DNA of 62,457 nt, from assembly GCA_022538095.1 (NCBI GenBank), contig JAKYXN010000032.1:1-62457 (forward strand), in the 5' to 3' direction. A program made the translations under genes and the position numbers. This document shows positions 1 to 10,713 of the stretch, piece by piece. Each line of letters opens with the position of its first letter. The first letter of the stretch is position 1. The stretch is from Puniceicoccaceae bacterium K14 (GTDB lineage: Bacteria > Verrucomicrobiota > Verrucomicrobiia > Opitutales > Opitutaceae). Below the pieces are notes generated by a model. It was not told the DNA's origin. It did not search any database and worked only from the letters and a program-made list of their open reading frames with translations.

Positions 1-66
1 ACCTTGACTCTCAACGCCAATCCCGTCGTTGAGCAATACATGGAAAACTACCTTGATGCAGCGTGA
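1..66 (+). CDS. 3' end of an upstream CDS (partial, product unknown)
   Basis: Open frame 1 runs from the window edge (...TLTLNANPVVEQYMENYLDAA) to TGA at 64-66. Too short to assign a product. Confidence 0.3.
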   Translation, partial: TLTLNANPVVEQYMENYLDAA

Positions 67-503
67 GGATTTTTGAAACGTTTAGGTTAACTCCCCACAC
101 CACCACTCATACGGATCCGTAAGTGGCGGTTCCTGACAGTTTTTTTGAATAAAACAGCGTCATCTCTACTCGAATGCAGTCGCCTGGTATTGCCAGGGAG
201 TACATCGGTCGACACCTGTCCATCAAGTTTGGTCCTTCATCATAAGTGAGCCATCTAGATACCTGTTCCGGTTCGCTTCGCGCCCGGTGATCCTTTTTGT
301 AATTGTTGTTCGTTTCGCTGTCGGCGTTGCCTCGGTACAATTTTTTTCATACCACCGGTAGCCTCGTCGGAGAGCCTGAGCTTGTCGAATGGCAAAGAGG
401 CTGCCAACTTCCAACCCCAAATGCCACACAGCGGCTTATTTCAATCAATCATGTGAGGCAGTTTGTACAGACATCGCCGATCTGACGCTCTACCGGAAAC
501 AAT

Positions 504-1409
504 ATGAAAAAGACATACTGCTTTTTGATGATACTATTATCGTTGTTGGCGACAGGATGTCGTACAATCGACACAGAAAAAGCAAGCGCATCGACTCTTC
601 GAAACATGACATTCAACATTCGAAATGGAGAGGCAAAGGACGGAGAAAATCACTGGAATTTCCGAAGAGAGTTTGTTTGTGATGTGATTCGTGAATACGC
701 GCCAGATATACTGGGAATGCAGGAGGCGTTCCGTTTCCAGTTAGATGAGCTTAATAACTGCCTGCCTGAGTATGGCGAAGTTGGAATTGGACGGGATGGC
801 GGCTCGAAGGGGGAACATTCATCGATTTTCTATCTCCAAGAACGATTCGATGTGAATGAGTCAGGAACATTTTGGCTTTCAGACACACCCTCGATACCGT
901 CAGCACACTGGGGCAACCGCCACCGACGTGTGTGCACCTGGGCTCGGTTTATCGATAAAGAGTCAGGACGTTCCTTCTATGTGTACAATACTCACATGGA
1001 CCACGAGTCACAACGATCGAGAGAAAACGGGGTTCAATTAATAATGAAGACAATAGAAAAACGAATGTACTCCGATCCTTTTGTCCTAATGGGAGACTTC
1101 AACGCACCAGAGAATAACCCAGTTATCGAATATCTGAAAGGAAACGCGAAACTAACCGGGAACACTCCCATCCCAATGATTGATTCATGGCGTGCCCTTC
1201 ACCCGACAGAAACAACCGCAGGGACGTTCAATCGCTTCACCGGCTATAACGATGGTCCAAAGATCGATTATATATTTGTCACTCCAGACACAGATGTACT
1301 CGAGGCTGCTATTGTGAAAACAAGCAGGGATAACCGTTACCCATCCGATCACTATCCAGCAACTGCTAAGTTGAGCTTGAAACAGAGTCCATCTGCAAAT
1401 GACAGATAG
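504..1409 (+). CDS. Endonuclease/exonuclease/phosphatase (EEP) family lipoprotein
   Basis: ATG start. N-terminal lipobox-like signal (MKKTYCFLMILLSLLATGC). EEP-like motifs (GMQE..., ...NTHMDHES..., MGDFNA..., ...SDHYP). Confidence 0.7.
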   Translation: MKKTYCFLMILLSLLATGCRTIDTEKASASTLRNMTFNIRNGEAKDGENHWNFRREFVCDVIREYAPDILGMQEAFRFQLDELNNCLPEYGEVGIGRDGGSKGEHSSIFYLQERFDVNESGTFWLSDTPSIPSAHWGNRHRRVCTWARFIDKESGRSFYVYNTHMDHESQRSRENGVQLIMKTIEKRMYSDPFVLMGDFNAPENNPVIEYLKGNAKLTGNTPIPMIDSWRALHPTETTAGTFNRFTGYNDGPKIDYIFVTPDTDVLEAAIVKTSRDNRYPSDHYPATAKLSLKQSPSANDR

Positions 1410-1526
1410 AAACCTACTGTAGTAGACAAGAGCTCAAAGGGCATGTCCAAAGAGTAAGATTTAATAGTACTTAGTGCTATGAAACCACACTAAATCAGTT
1501 AAATTGGATACAGATCATAATAAACA

Positions 1527-1835
1527 ATGACCTCAAACCTCATATTCTATGGATCGAACCTTGGCTTGGGTTTTATCTTTTCATTCTTCTTCTGGGAAAA
1601 AGAAGAGCGAAACACAGTACTGTATTCTGCTGCCATCCTAATACCCGTTTTCTGGACGCTCACCCTTGCAGCCGGTAAGAATACATTGAGCCTAATTGAA
1701 CTCTATGACTATGGAAGAATGAATTATAGTTTTACTAAGAATAGAGTCACTTTTTGGATAGTTCCAATGTTCTGGGCCATGTTCGTTTTTGGCTGCGTCT
1801 GGATAGAAAAGAACCAACTGAAGAGTGAGAATTAG
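1527..1835 (+). CDS. Small hydrophobic hypothetical protein
   Basis: 102-aa ORF with predicted TM segments. No recognisable family. Confidence 0.3.
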   Translation: MTSNLIFYGSNLGLGFIFSFFFWEKEERNTVLYSAAILIPVFWTLTLAAGKNTLSLIELYDYGRMNYSFTKNRVTFWIVPMFWAMFVFGCVWIEKNQLKSEN

Positions 1836-2443
1836 GCCAACAAAGTAGCTCGCTAAAACATAGACGACCGTGAAAGAAAGCGAATCGAATAAATCCATAG
1901 TAAATGTATTGGTGCCATTCTTAATAGCCTACTTGGGTTCAAGCTCTTGTTTGATATTTTTCCTTTAGTATTCAATAATCAATGATTAATTTGATGCTAA
2001 AATATTGCTTATCGATATCAGCGTATTTGTTGCGTGGTATTTCATCAGCTTAGCTGGGCTTCAATACGTTCGAAGGACGAAGGGCTCAAAATGGGGCAAT
2101 AACTCCTCCTCACCCAAGGCAGGTGGCGACGCAGCCTTTTAAAAAAGTACGGTGTAGTCGGAGGCCAAAGCAGCGGGTAGCTGCCACCGTCCACCTACGA
2201 TTTGCTATCGCGAAGAGAAATCAGAATATTGCAGACCTGCTTAAAAAGTTCATTTCGTCGCTCTCAAACAGTAGCACAGTTGAGCTGCGCCAATCGCCGA
2301 AATCATGATTCTCGGACTCGCTAGGCCGCTAAAATTGGAACATAATGAACGGACTGCGGAATTTTCTTTTCATGCAGGTGTTATGCACGCACTAATTTTC
2401 CTTGGTGATAAATTCTTGAGCGGCCTTTTAGCATTCAAAGTCA

Positions 2444-3631
2444 TTGAGCTTTAAAAATCAGCATTCGCGTTTCGATCTGATCAATCCAATCTGCATTCTA
2501 ATACTGTGCGCGTTCGGCTTGACCTTTATTTATAGTGCTCAGGTATACGTCGGCGGCGGCCAGTGGAAAAGCCAAGCGGCTTTTATGATTCTAGGAGCAG
2601 GACTCTACTTCACCATATCCATGGTGGATTATAAGATTTTTCTGAAGCTTTCCCACTGGATCTATATCCTAGCAATAATTGCTTTATTCTTGGTTTTCAG
2701 CCCTATCGGTAAGGAGCACTATGGAGCCCGGCGCTGGGTTCATTTGGGCGTCGGCCCCCAAATACAGCCGGTTGAATTAGCCAAGCTTAGTTGCATCATC
2801 ATAGCGGCAAGTATACTCACTCGCTCCGAAGTCGGCGGTATTAAAGATTCTTTACAAGTCCTTGGCAAATTGGCGCTTGCGATTTGTTTCCCGTTGCTCT
2901 TGATCTTGGCTCAACCCGACCTCGGATCGTCGTTGACCATCCCGCCTATTGTGTTCGCCCAACTATACGTATCAAATCTTTCGAAGAAATTTTTCTCCGG
3001 CTCCATAACGATATTCGCTATCTTAGTTGGCATCGTAGCGTTGGATGTGGTCAACTACTACAAATTTTTGGATGAAAACGATCTTTCCAGTGGAAATGGT
3101 CGTTACCGAGAAACTTCATGGGTCCCTTTGCATGATTACCAAAGGGATCGAATTTTAACGTTTGCAGTTCCGGATAAAGTCGATTCCTCAGGGAAAGGCT
3201 GGAACCGGAAACAATCAATGATTTCAGTTGGCTCTGGAGGCATCACCGGCAAAGGCTGGACAAATGGCCGCCAAGCTCAACTGGGCTACCTTCCACGAAA
3301 TGTAGCCCACAACGATTTCATTTTCTCCGTAATTGCGGAGGAAAGTGGATTTTTGGGAAGCGCAGTCGTGATCTCCCTATTCGGTTTGCTCTTAGGGAAC
3401 GGCGTACGCATAGCAAGCATGGCCAGAGACCGCTTTGGTACTCTGCTCGCTCTAGGCGTAGTGATTTTATTTTCCGTTCATACCTTCGTAAACATAGCAA
3501 TGACAATAGGGCTCATTCCGATCACTGGCCTGCCTCTCCCCTTTTTAAGCCACGGAGGCACCTTCATGTTGAGTTGCTGCGTACTGCAGGGACTGGTCCA
3601 AAGCGTGTATCGATTCAGAAAGGATTTTTAG
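2444..3631 (+). CDS. FtsW/RodA/SpoVE family peptidoglycan glycosyltransferase (RodA-like)
   Basis: Multi-TM protein with the conserved family C-terminus (...PITGLPLPFLSHGGTFMLS...). The track start is TTG, so the true start is uncertain. Confidence 0.85.
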   Translation: MSFKNQHSRFDLINPICILILCAFGLTFIYSAQVYVGGGQWKSQAAFMILGAGLYFTISMVDYKIFLKLSHWIYILAIIALFLVFSPIGKEHYGARRWVHLGVGPQIQPVELAKLSCIIIAASILTRSEVGGIKDSLQVLGKLALAICFPLLLILAQPDLGSSLTIPPIVFAQLYVSNLSKKFFSGSITIFAILVGIVALDVVNYYKFLDENDLSSGNGRYRETSWVPLHDYQRDRILTFAVPDKVDSSGKGWNRKQSMISVGSGGITGKGWTNGRQAQLGYLPRNVAHNDFIFSVIAEESGFLGSAVVISLFGLLLGNGVRIASMARDRFGTLLALGVVILFSVHTFVNIAMTIGLIPITGLPLPFLSHGGTFMLSCCVLQGLVQSVYRFRKDF

Positions 3632-3721
3632 TGAATTACCTAAATTACCTTAATACAGCCAGTCGCTACATCCGCCGCTCAACATTCGGTCTCTCCTGCG
3701 AAACACAGGAAAACCTACAGA

Positions 3722-5467
3722 ATGAGCAACAAGAAACAAAACACAGAACAGGACAATATTTCCAATGAATACGAAGAGGAACTTAGACACCCACCCAAGC
3801 AGAAACCTGCTGTCATAATCGACCAAGAGGATCTCAAGGATCAGGCAAAAGTAAGGGCTAAAAAACGCCCCTTGATGACCAAGATTATTGAAACCTTTAA
3901 GAAGGAAAAAGAGCCTTACCGTGAACTGATCATTAACTCCGAGCCACTAGAGACTCGGGTTGGTTTGTTGGTCGATGGGATTTTAGATAAGTTCGACATC
4001 GAGCGTCGTAAAAGCTCTCAACGTATCGTTGGTGGAATTTTTAAAGGTAAGATCAAAAACTTAGATCCCGGCCTCAAAGCAGCCTTCGTGGATATTGGAC
4101 TCCCGAAGAACGCTTTCCTTCACTACTGGGATATTCTCCCACAAGCAGCTGACTCCTCGGTCGAAGTCGTTCGGGTCAACAAAGCCAAGAACAAGAAGAA
4201 CCAAAGCAAGATAACGCTTAAGGACATCCCAAAACATTACCCAATTGGGACGGAGATCGTTATCCAAGTCACCAAAGGGCCGATCGGTACCAAAGGCCCG
4301 AGAACCACGACAAACCTTTCTCTTCCAGGTCGATTCATCGTGCTCATGCCTTACTCCGAACAGTGTGGCATTTCTCGCAAGATTGAAGATCCAAAAGAGC
4401 GCCAGCGCCTTAAAAAAATCATCCAAGACCTCACCATTCCGGAAGGAATGGGCATCATCGTTCGTACCGCAGGCGAAGGCAAAAAAGCCCGCTACTTCGT
4501 GCGCGATTTGCATATACTTCTCAAGACTTGGAATAAAATCCAGGACAAGATCGACAATGCCAAAGGCCCTGCTTGCATCTACAAAGAGCCCGATCTCGCC
4601 GAGCGCACAATTCGCGATTTCCTAACTGAAGACATCGACCGCGTCTTGATCGATAGCGAAGAAGATCACGCAAAAACTGTCGAAAGCGTCTCTCAAATTT
4701 CCAAGCGTTCTACCAAGAAGATCCACCTCTACAAGGACGGCATTCCGATCTTCGAACGCTACAACATCGAAAAGCAGATTGAGCAAACTTTCCAAAGACA
4801 AGTGCCTCTTCCATCCGGTGGAGCCATAGTCATCGAAGAGACGGAAGCCCTGATAGCAATCGACGTAAATACAGGATCGCACAAAAACAAAGGGAACGAG
4901 AACGACACGATTTTCCAAGTCAACTTGGAAGCGGCCGAGGAGGTTGCTCGTCAGATTCGACTGCGAAACATTGGTGGTCTCATCATCATCGATTTTATCG
5001 ATATGAAGCAGCGCAAACACCGCAATGCGATCTTGGCTCGTGTTCGCAAGGTAATGGCCAACGACAAGGCGAAGACGCATATCCTTCCTATTTCTCCGCT
5101 GGGCATCATGCAAATGACGCGTCAACGAATGCAGGAAAGCGTCTCTTCTGGACTCTACACGGACTGCCCATACTGCCAAGGCAAGGGAATCGTAAAGTCG
5201 TCCACAACGGTAAGTGTTGAATTGCAACGTAAGCTTTCCGGTATCGTTCGTCGAGCGCGCGCTCGCAACACCGATCTCGAAAAGCCTATCAAGCTACGTA
5301 TTCTCGTAAATCCATCCATCATCGATCGTCTTCGAGACGAAGATGCAGACCTCTTGATAAGTCTGGAAAAGGATTACAACGCTCAGCTTACATTCCGAGC
5401 CGATCCTCACTTCCACGTCGAAAACTACAAAGTGATCGATGTTGAAACTGGAGCGGCTTACGGATAA
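3722..5467 (+). CDS. rng: Ribonuclease E/G family protein (RNase G-like)
   Basis: Has an S1-like region and a DNase I-like RNase E/G catalytic core (...AIDVNTG..., ...[12 protein letters not shown]...). Also has the Zn-link CPYCxGxG motif. A Lys-rich N-terminal extension is present. Confidence 0.8.
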   Translation: MSNKKQNTEQDNISNEYEEELRHPPKQKPAVIIDQEDLKDQAKVRAKKRPLMTKIIETFKKEKEPYRELIINSEPLETRVGLLVDGILDKFDIERRKSSQRIVGGIFKGKIKNLDPGLKAAFVDIGLPKNAFLHYWDILPQAADSSVEVVRVNKAKNKKNQSKITLKDIPKHYPIGTEIVIQVTKGPIGTKGPRTTTNLSLPGRFIVLMPYSEQCGISRKIEDPKERQRLKKIIQDLTIPEGMGIIVRTAGEGKKARYFVRDLHILLKTWNKIQDKIDNAKGPACIYKEPDLAERTIRDFLTEDIDRVLIDSEEDHAKTVESVSQISKRSTKKIHLYKDGIPIFERYNIEKQIEQTFQRQVPLPSGGAIVIEETEALIAIDVNTGSHKNKGNENDTIFQVNLEAAEEVARQIRLRNIGGLIIIDFIDMKQRKHRNAILARVRKVMANDKAKTHILPISPLGIMQMTRQRMQESVSSGLYTDCPYCQGKGIVKSSTTVSVELQRKLSGIVRRARARNTDLEKPIKLRILVNPSIIDRLRDEDADLLISLEKDYNAQLTFRADPHFHVENYKVIDVETGAAYG

Positions 5468-5499
5468 GCTATCCGCGTTCATCTCTTCTTAACTTTCAA

Positions 5500-5528
5500 G
5501 CCAGCTAGAAAAATAGCTGGCTTTTTTT
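5500..5528 (+). terminator. Rho-independent terminator after the RNase G gene
   Basis: gccagcta-gaaaaa-tagctggc stem (8 bp) followed by TTTTTTT. Confidence 0.7.
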
Positions 5529-5626
5529 GTGCTAAAGTACGCGGTCCCGCGCACTATTTGCTACAAGCGGATAATGTGGCATCCGACCACACAAACAAAA
5601 ACCACTCTCACTCTTAACTAAAACCC

Positions 5627-6787
5627 ATGCGAGCACTTATAGCCTTCGACAAATTCAAGGATTCTCTAACCGCACACGAAACTTGCCAAACAGCCGCAGA
5701 AACACTTGCCAGTCGACACCCAGATTGGGTCATAGAAACCGCCCCTCTAGCAGACGGCGGCGATGGCTTTTGCGAAGTGCTGACGCGACAAGCAGATGGA
5801 GTATTCTACGAGACTCAGGTCACAGGGCCACAGGGCGAACAGACAACTGCGAAGATTGGAATTGTATCTTCTAAAAAAATACAAGAAAGGGCTGCAAAGC
5901 TTCTCAATTTCGATCTAAGCACCGATTCGATCGCGGTCATCGAAATGGCCCAAAGCAGCGGTATAGCTCTCGTGCCGAACGAAAAACGTAGCCCTTGGAA
6001 GGCCACGACCTACGGACTGGGAGAGCTCATAAATTTCGCGACTGAAAAAGGAGCCCAAGCGTGTGTGGTCGGGCTCGGAGGTTCCGCAACCCACGACCTC
6101 GCTCTCGGTGCGCTCGCTAGCCTCGGTTACGAGTTTAAAGATGCTGGCGGCAACAGAATTGAGAACATTCCATACCCGAAATACTGGAATCAAATACAAG
6201 CGATTGTGCCACCCAAATCGCAAGCCGAAATGCAAATTCGCATCGCTTGCGATGTTGAGAACCCACTCCTTGGCTCTCAGGGTGCCGCCGCAATTTTTGG
6301 TCCTCAAAAAGGCATGCTTCCGGCTGACTACCAAACACTCGAAGACGAAACTGCTCGGATGGCCCAACTTGTATTGAATTCAAAAGGACAAGACACTTCA
6401 CCCCTCTCTTCTCCGGGCACAGGGGCCGCAGGCGGAGCCGCCTTTGGCCTTATGGTCGGGCTTTCCGGAAAAATAGTGTCGGGCTTCACGCTTGTCAAAG
6501 ATTGGATCGGCCTTGAACAGAAGCTTCAGACTGCCGATCTTGTAATTACAGGAGAAGGACGTTTTGATGCTTCTTCACTCCAAGGGAAAGGCCCCGGTTC
6601 TCTCGTCAAAGAAGCCTCTACTCTCGGGAAGAAAAGTTACGTCTTTGCAGGAAGTTTGGGAGAAATTGATCCAAAAAGAATTCCACTCGCAACCCTTGTC
6701 GCGATAAGTCCCCAAGAGATGGAGCTCGCAGAAGCGATCAAACAAACGAAAAGCAACTTAGTAGGTGCTTTACAATCGTACCTCTAA
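5627..6787 (+). CDS. Glycerate kinase (GlxK/GarK family)
   Basis: N-terminus MRALIAFDKFKDSLTA matches the glycerate kinase family start (…AxDSFKxSLSA). Size ~380 aa. Gly-rich ...GTGAAGGAAFGL region. Confidence 0.8.
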   Translation: MRALIAFDKFKDSLTAHETCQTAAETLASRHPDWVIETAPLADGGDGFCEVLTRQADGVFYETQVTGPQGEQTTAKIGIVSSKKIQERAAKLLNFDLSTDSIAVIEMAQSSGIALVPNEKRSPWKATTYGLGELINFATEKGAQACVVGLGGSATHDLALGALASLGYEFKDAGGNRIENIPYPKYWNQIQAIVPPKSQAEMQIRIACDVENPLLGSQGAAAIFGPQKGMLPADYQTLEDETARMAQLVLNSKGQDTSPLSSPGTGAAGGAAFGLMVGLSGKIVSGFTLVKDWIGLEQKLQTADLVITGEGRFDASSLQGKGPGSLVKEASTLGKKSYVFAGSLGEIDPKRIPLATLVAISPQEMELAEAIKQTKSNLVGALQSYL

Positions 6788-6969
6788 CAATATTCCACTT
6801 GTAAACTTGCAATCAAACTTAAGCTACAACGTCATAATTATAAAAGGATGGTCGACTATAATGTAATTCGCAATAGAGTGAGAATAAGCGAAGCACCACC
6901 GATTCCCAAAACGACTTATAATGAGTTAGTTTCTAGCAGGAATGAATTAGCCCCAATTTATCATTTAAA

Positions 6970-7530
6970 ATGACAACTGTTCACGACGAGAAAATAGCAG
7001 AAGCCGCAAGGCGCAAGCATCGCTATTCTCGCATCCGCAGGGCAAAACAGATTCTTCGTCCTTTACCGCGGCGAGCGACTCTCCACCGCTACCCCGTCCT
7101 TAAGTTTTTCGCAAAGGCAGCTCGGCAACGACCCTCACTTTGGTCCTTCAAGCAGGCCCACATTTCTCCCGCGCTTTACATTGGATGCGTACTGGCCTTC
7201 CTTCCCGCTTACGGTGTGCAAATTCCAATTGCGATTTTGGGAGCTTGGGTATTCAAGGCAAACTTGCCTCTAACAGTGGGTCTTCAGTTCATAACCAACC
7301 CATTTACCATGTGGTTGGTCTATTGGTTCACTTTTACTGTTGGGCAGACATTTATCGATTATTGGAAATTAGGTGGGGCAAACAACTTTCTTGGAGCAGC
7401 TTACGCTCTCGTAATTGGCGGTATTTTCGTCGGCCTCGCACTGGCCCTTATATTGGACCTTGCTTATCGCATCACCATGCGAAACCCCAAACGGAAATCA
7501 GTAGACGTCAAGAGAATGCTGAAAAAATAG
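6970..7530 (+). CDS. DUF2062-like membrane protein
   Basis: Basic N-terminus followed by hydrophobic segments (…YIGCVLAFLPAYGVQIPIAILGAWVF…), typical of DUF2062. Confidence 0.55.
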   Translation: MTTVHDEKIAEAARRKHRYSRIRRAKQILRPLPRRATLHRYPVLKFFAKAARQRPSLWSFKQAHISPALYIGCVLAFLPAYGVQIPIAILGAWVFKANLPLTVGLQFITNPFTMWLVYWFTFTVGQTFIDYWKLGGANNFLGAAYALVIGGIFVGLALALILDLAYRITMRNPKRKSVDVKRMLKK

Positions 7531-7576
7531 CATTACGATTGCCCCCGAGTAAATTAGTTTCCAATGTCCCAGCCAA

Positions 7577-8857
7577 ATGCCGGGTATTCGCCAAAAACAT
7601 TTTTACTCTAACTCTCTTACAACGCTGTTAATTTTGGGGTTCGCCCTTTGCTTCAATTGTGTGGCCCAGACCAAGGCTCTCACTCAAGTTGAGCTCGGCA
7701 TCGACACCCTGGAAAAACGCGGCTTCGATGTCCTACAAAATAAACGAGTCGGCCTCCTCACCCATCCTGCAGGGCTAAATCGTTTTGGAGTCAGCACGGT
7801 CCATATACTTCACCAAACACGTTCTGTTAACCTAGTTGCTCTCTTCGGCCCCGAGCACGGCATTTATGGCGATGAAGAAGCAGGGGCGAAAATTGGCAAC
7901 CGCACCGACCCCCGTACCGGACTTCCCGTTTACTCACTTTACGGGAAATACAGAAAGCCAACCCCTGAAATGCTCAGCGGCGTCGAATGCATGGTCATTG
8001 ATCTACAGGACATTGGTTGCCGCTCATATACCTTTATTAGCTGCATGAAACTGGCTATGGAAGCCTGCTTCGAAAATGACGTGGAAGTCATTATCCTTGA
8101 TCGCCCCAACCCTCTCGGAGGCTTAAAAGTGGACGGTCCAATAATCGAAAAGGAATTCCTCAGCTATGTAGGCGCTTTTCAAATACCTTATGTCCATGGA
8201 CTCACAATAGGCGAAATCGCACGTATGGCGGCTTCACGTCCTGGAATGTTGGATATAACCGAAGGAGAACGACGCAATGGAAGACTCAGCGTGGTGACAA
8301 TGAACGGCTGGCGCCGTTTTATGAGCTGGCCGATGACTGGGCTTCAGTGGAAAGCTACTTCGCCAAATATCCCAGATTTCCCAGCAACTGCTGGCTACTG
8401 CATGACCGGGCTCGGCGCACAACTTGGAAGCTTCAAACACGGAATCGGCTCAGAATATCCTTTTCGCATACTCTCTATAGAAGGCTTAACGCCGCTTCAA
8501 TTGAAGACAGAACTGGAAAGCCGTAACCTTCCCGGCCTCGAGTTTGAACTCAAGGCCTTTGACCAAGGTGGGCAAACAGGCGTATATGTTCGCATAGTCG
8601 ACCACAGTAGCTGGCGACCAACAGAACTTGGGTTCAACATGATGCAGATCGCCGCTCAAGTCAGCTCGCAAAACCCGTTTGCCTTAGCAAAAGACAGCGA
8701 CGTGCTTTTCTTCAACAAAATCGTAGGTTCCCGCAATTGGTGGCGAGAAATTAGTCAAAAGGGAGCACGAGCAAATTTGGCAGGATACATAGGAGCGTGG
8801 GAGCGCCAGGCAAAGCAATTTCAGCTGCAAAGCCGTCAATACTGGCTCTACGAGTAA
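7577..8857 (+). CDS. DUF1343 domain protein (NamZ-like exo-beta-N-acetylmuramidase family)
   Basis: N-terminal signal peptide. The GLLTHPAGLNRFG...VALFGPEHG...SLYG... pattern is characteristic of DUF1343/NamZ. Confidence 0.7.
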   Translation: MPGIRQKHFYSNSLTTLLILGFALCFNCVAQTKALTQVELGIDTLEKRGFDVLQNKRVGLLTHPAGLNRFGVSTVHILHQTRSVNLVALFGPEHGIYGDEEAGAKIGNRTDPRTGLPVYSLYGKYRKPTPEMLSGVECMVIDLQDIGCRSYTFISCMKLAMEACFENDVEVIILDRPNPLGGLKVDGPIIEKEFLSYVGAFQIPYVHGLTIGEIARMAASRPGMLDITEGERRNGRLSVVTMNGWRRFMSWPMTGLQWKATSPNIPDFPATAGYCMTGLGAQLGSFKHGIGSEYPFRILSIEGLTPLQLKTELESRNLPGLEFELKAFDQGGQTGVYVRIVDHSSWRPTELGFNMMQIAAQVSSQNPFALAKDSDVLFFNKIVGSRNWWREISQKGARANLAGYIGAWERQAKQFQLQSRQYWLYE

Positions 8858-8866
8858 GCCGAGTTT

Positions 8867-9760
8867 TCAGTCCAGGTTCTCATCGACATACTCCCGCAAT
8901 ACATCCGTGAAAGCACGAACACCAGGCGGATGATAACGCTTGTCGTGGGTCAGAATGAATAGAAGTCGATTCATACGATTCGATTCGAGTGAGCGATAAA
9001 CCACCTTGAATGGCTCCGACAAGTCGATCGCCATCTTTGGTAGAATCGCCACTCCCAAACCACGGTCCACCATTTCCTTGAGGGTCCGAACCTGCGAACA
9101 GGTTCCAGCAACTTTTGGCTCGTATTCGTTACGCCCAAAAAATTCCATGATCTTTCGCCCCAACGTACTAGATTCCCCCAAAGTAATCAATGGCTCGTCT
9201 TTAAAGTCTTCGATTGAAACTTTAGTTTTCGAAGCCAAAGGATGGCTGTCGGAAACAACCAGATACAATTCTTCTTCCAGCAACGGTTCAGCAGAAATAT
9301 CCGGGTGTTCTCCGGTGATTGCGATTATTGCTAGATCCAATTCCCCCGCAATCAGGTCATCAAGCAATCGAACTCTAAGGTTTTCGTGCATCGAAATTTC
9401 TAGCTTTGGGTAAAGCTTTTTGCAGTTCGCAATGACCTGTGGCATCAAGTATGGGGCTACCGAAGGCGTCGCCCCGACATGAATCAATCCCTGCGCTTCA
9501 GTCGCTCCCTGTTGGATTTCCAGTTGTACATTTTCAACATCCAGCAAAATGCTACGGGCACGACGCTCCAATACCCGCCCCGCTCCGGTTAACTCAGCTG
9601 TGCGTCCCAGGCGGTTAAACAATTTCTGCCCTAGCTCCTCCTCCAATTTGATAATCTGGCTGCTCAAAGACGGCTGGGAAATAAAACACTTTTCTGCAGC
9701 TCGAGTAAAATTGCCCTCGTCTGCTACAGCCAAGAAGTAACGTAATTGATGCATTTCCAT
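8867..9760 (-). CDS. LysR family transcriptional regulator
   Basis: N-terminal HTH MEMHQLRYFLAVADEGNFTRAAEKCFISQPSLSSQI plus a C-terminal substrate-binding domain. Divergent from the small-protein genes. Confidence 0.9.
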   Translation of the reverse strand: MEMHQLRYFLAVADEGNFTRAAEKCFISQPSLSSQIIKLEEELGQKLFNRLGRTAELTGAGRVLERRARSILLDVENVQLEIQQGATEAQGLIHVGATPSVAPYLMPQVIANCKKLYPKLEISMHENLRVRLLDDLIAGELDLAIIAITGEHPDISAEPLLEEELYLVVSDSHPLASKTKVSIEDFKDEPLITLGESSTLGRKIMEFFGRNEYEPKVAGTCSQVRTLKEMVDRGLGVAILPKMAIDLSEPFKVVYRSLESNRMNRLLFILTHDKRYHPPGVRAFTDVLREYVDENLD

Positions 9761-9776
9761 AGGTTAAGCCTATGGA

Positions 9777-9795
9777 ATACATAATTTATAAGTAT
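9777..9795. promoter_or_regulatory. Candidate LysR-type box (ATAC-N11-GTAT dyad) in the divergent promoter
   Basis: The imperfect dyad atacataatttataagtat fits the T-N11-A LysR motif. Assigned by position only. Confidence 0.2.
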
Positions 9796-9853
9796 TTCCA
9801 ATTATAATTGTCATCATGTATAGTATGATCGTCAGCCAACACTGACCTGAACA

Positions 9854-10084
9854 ATGAAAACACAAATAAAGAGCAACAAGATCGCATCGATCATCCTGGC
9901 GGCAGCGCCGATCGTGCCAATTGCACTTCTCCTCCCTACTGGAGAAGTCGTCGCAGGTCTCGTGGTAGCAGCTCTAGCCGGCCTAGGTTATCTAGAACTT
10001 AAGGATGGAGCAGCCGCAGCGATGCCAAGACGTCAGCCGAGAGGCTCGATTCAGCTGTACAGACAAACTAAGTCTGAGGCCTAA
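9854..10084 (+). CDS. Small membrane protein, paralog A (conserved C-terminal ...AAAMPRRQPRGSI motif)
   Basis: 76 aa. MKTQIKSNKIASIILAAAP... hydrophobic core, then DGAAAAMPRRQPRGSIQLYRQTKSEA. Its own hairpin terminator follows. Confidence 0.5.
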   Translation: MKTQIKSNKIASIILAAAPIVPIALLLPTGEVVAGLVVAALAGLGYLELKDGAAAAMPRRQPRGSIQLYRQTKSEA

Positions 10085-10110
10085 TCGCTCGATTAAAATA
10101 GAAAACGAAC

Positions 10111-10139
10111 TAGGGAGCTGCTCATTGGGTAGCTCCCTA
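10111..10139 (+). terminator. Hairpin after paralog A
   Basis: tagggagct...agctcccta stem. A near-identical hairpin follows paralog B. Confidence 0.45.
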
Positions 10140-10305
10140 CTAATGTCTACAGGCAACTAGCAGCAAAATTCCGCTGCGAAACGCATCATACGAGTAAATG
10201 CTGTGTAAATCGTCTAAATGTAGGAATACTCACTGCCAATTAGTGTTTTCATTTACAAATTTTCATCCGATATAGGGCATGTTGTTAAACCAACAGCACT
10301 TAATC

Positions 10306-10533
10306 ATGAAAACGAAAATAAAGAACAACCTGATCGCATCGGTCGTTTTGGCACTGACACCATTACTTCCACTTGCCCTCCTCCTTCCTGGAAGAGAAAC
10401 GGTAATTGGAGCATTGGTTGTAATAGCGCTAGCCACTCTTGGCTACATGGAGCTTCGCAACGGAGCTGCCGCGCATATGCCACGACGTCAGCCGCGAGGT
10501 TCAATTGAGGTTTTCAGGCAATCAAAGGCCTAA
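10306..10533 (+). CDS. Small membrane protein, paralog B (conserved C-terminal ...AAHMPRRQPRGSI motif)
   Basis: MKTKIKNNLIASVVLALTP...GAAAHMPRRQPRGSIEVFRQSKA. About 60% identical to paralog A over the whole length. The track start at 10279 is probably over-extended; the ATG at 10306 aligns with paralog A. Confidence 0.5.
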   Translation: MKTKIKNNLIASVVLALTPLLPLALLLPGRETVIGALVVIALATLGYMELRNGAAAHMPRRQPRGSIEVFRQSKA

Positions 10534-10578
10534 CAACTTAAATTGACCGGTTCGGTCTTGTATAAAATAGAAAATCAC

Positions 10579-10617
10579 TAGGGAGTCGCTGAAAAGCGGC
10601 TCCCTACTTATTTTTGG
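10579..10617 (+). terminator. Rho-independent terminator after paralog B
   Basis: tagggagtcgc...gcggctcccta stem followed by cttatttttgg. Confidence 0.55.
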
Positions 10618-10713
10618 AGATCAACATCCAATGGATCGTGTAATTACGGCACTTTACGAAGCGAGAATTACTTAAAAATTGTCCATTCGCGTCGTTCTTA
10701 ATGGAGGACATCT

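Noticed and set aside
4061-5227. Minus-strand ORFs of 150 aa and 201 aa inside the RNase E/G gene. Similar antisense ORFs occur inside glycerate kinase (5915-6367), the LysR gene (9006-9413), glmS (13312-13584), rapA (16449-17298), murA (39541-40028), the DUF1800 gene (44786-45301) and the MFS gene (56837-57335).
   Set aside because: They are fully embedded opposite strong, motif-bearing genes and have no recognisable motifs. They are typical antisense artefacts.
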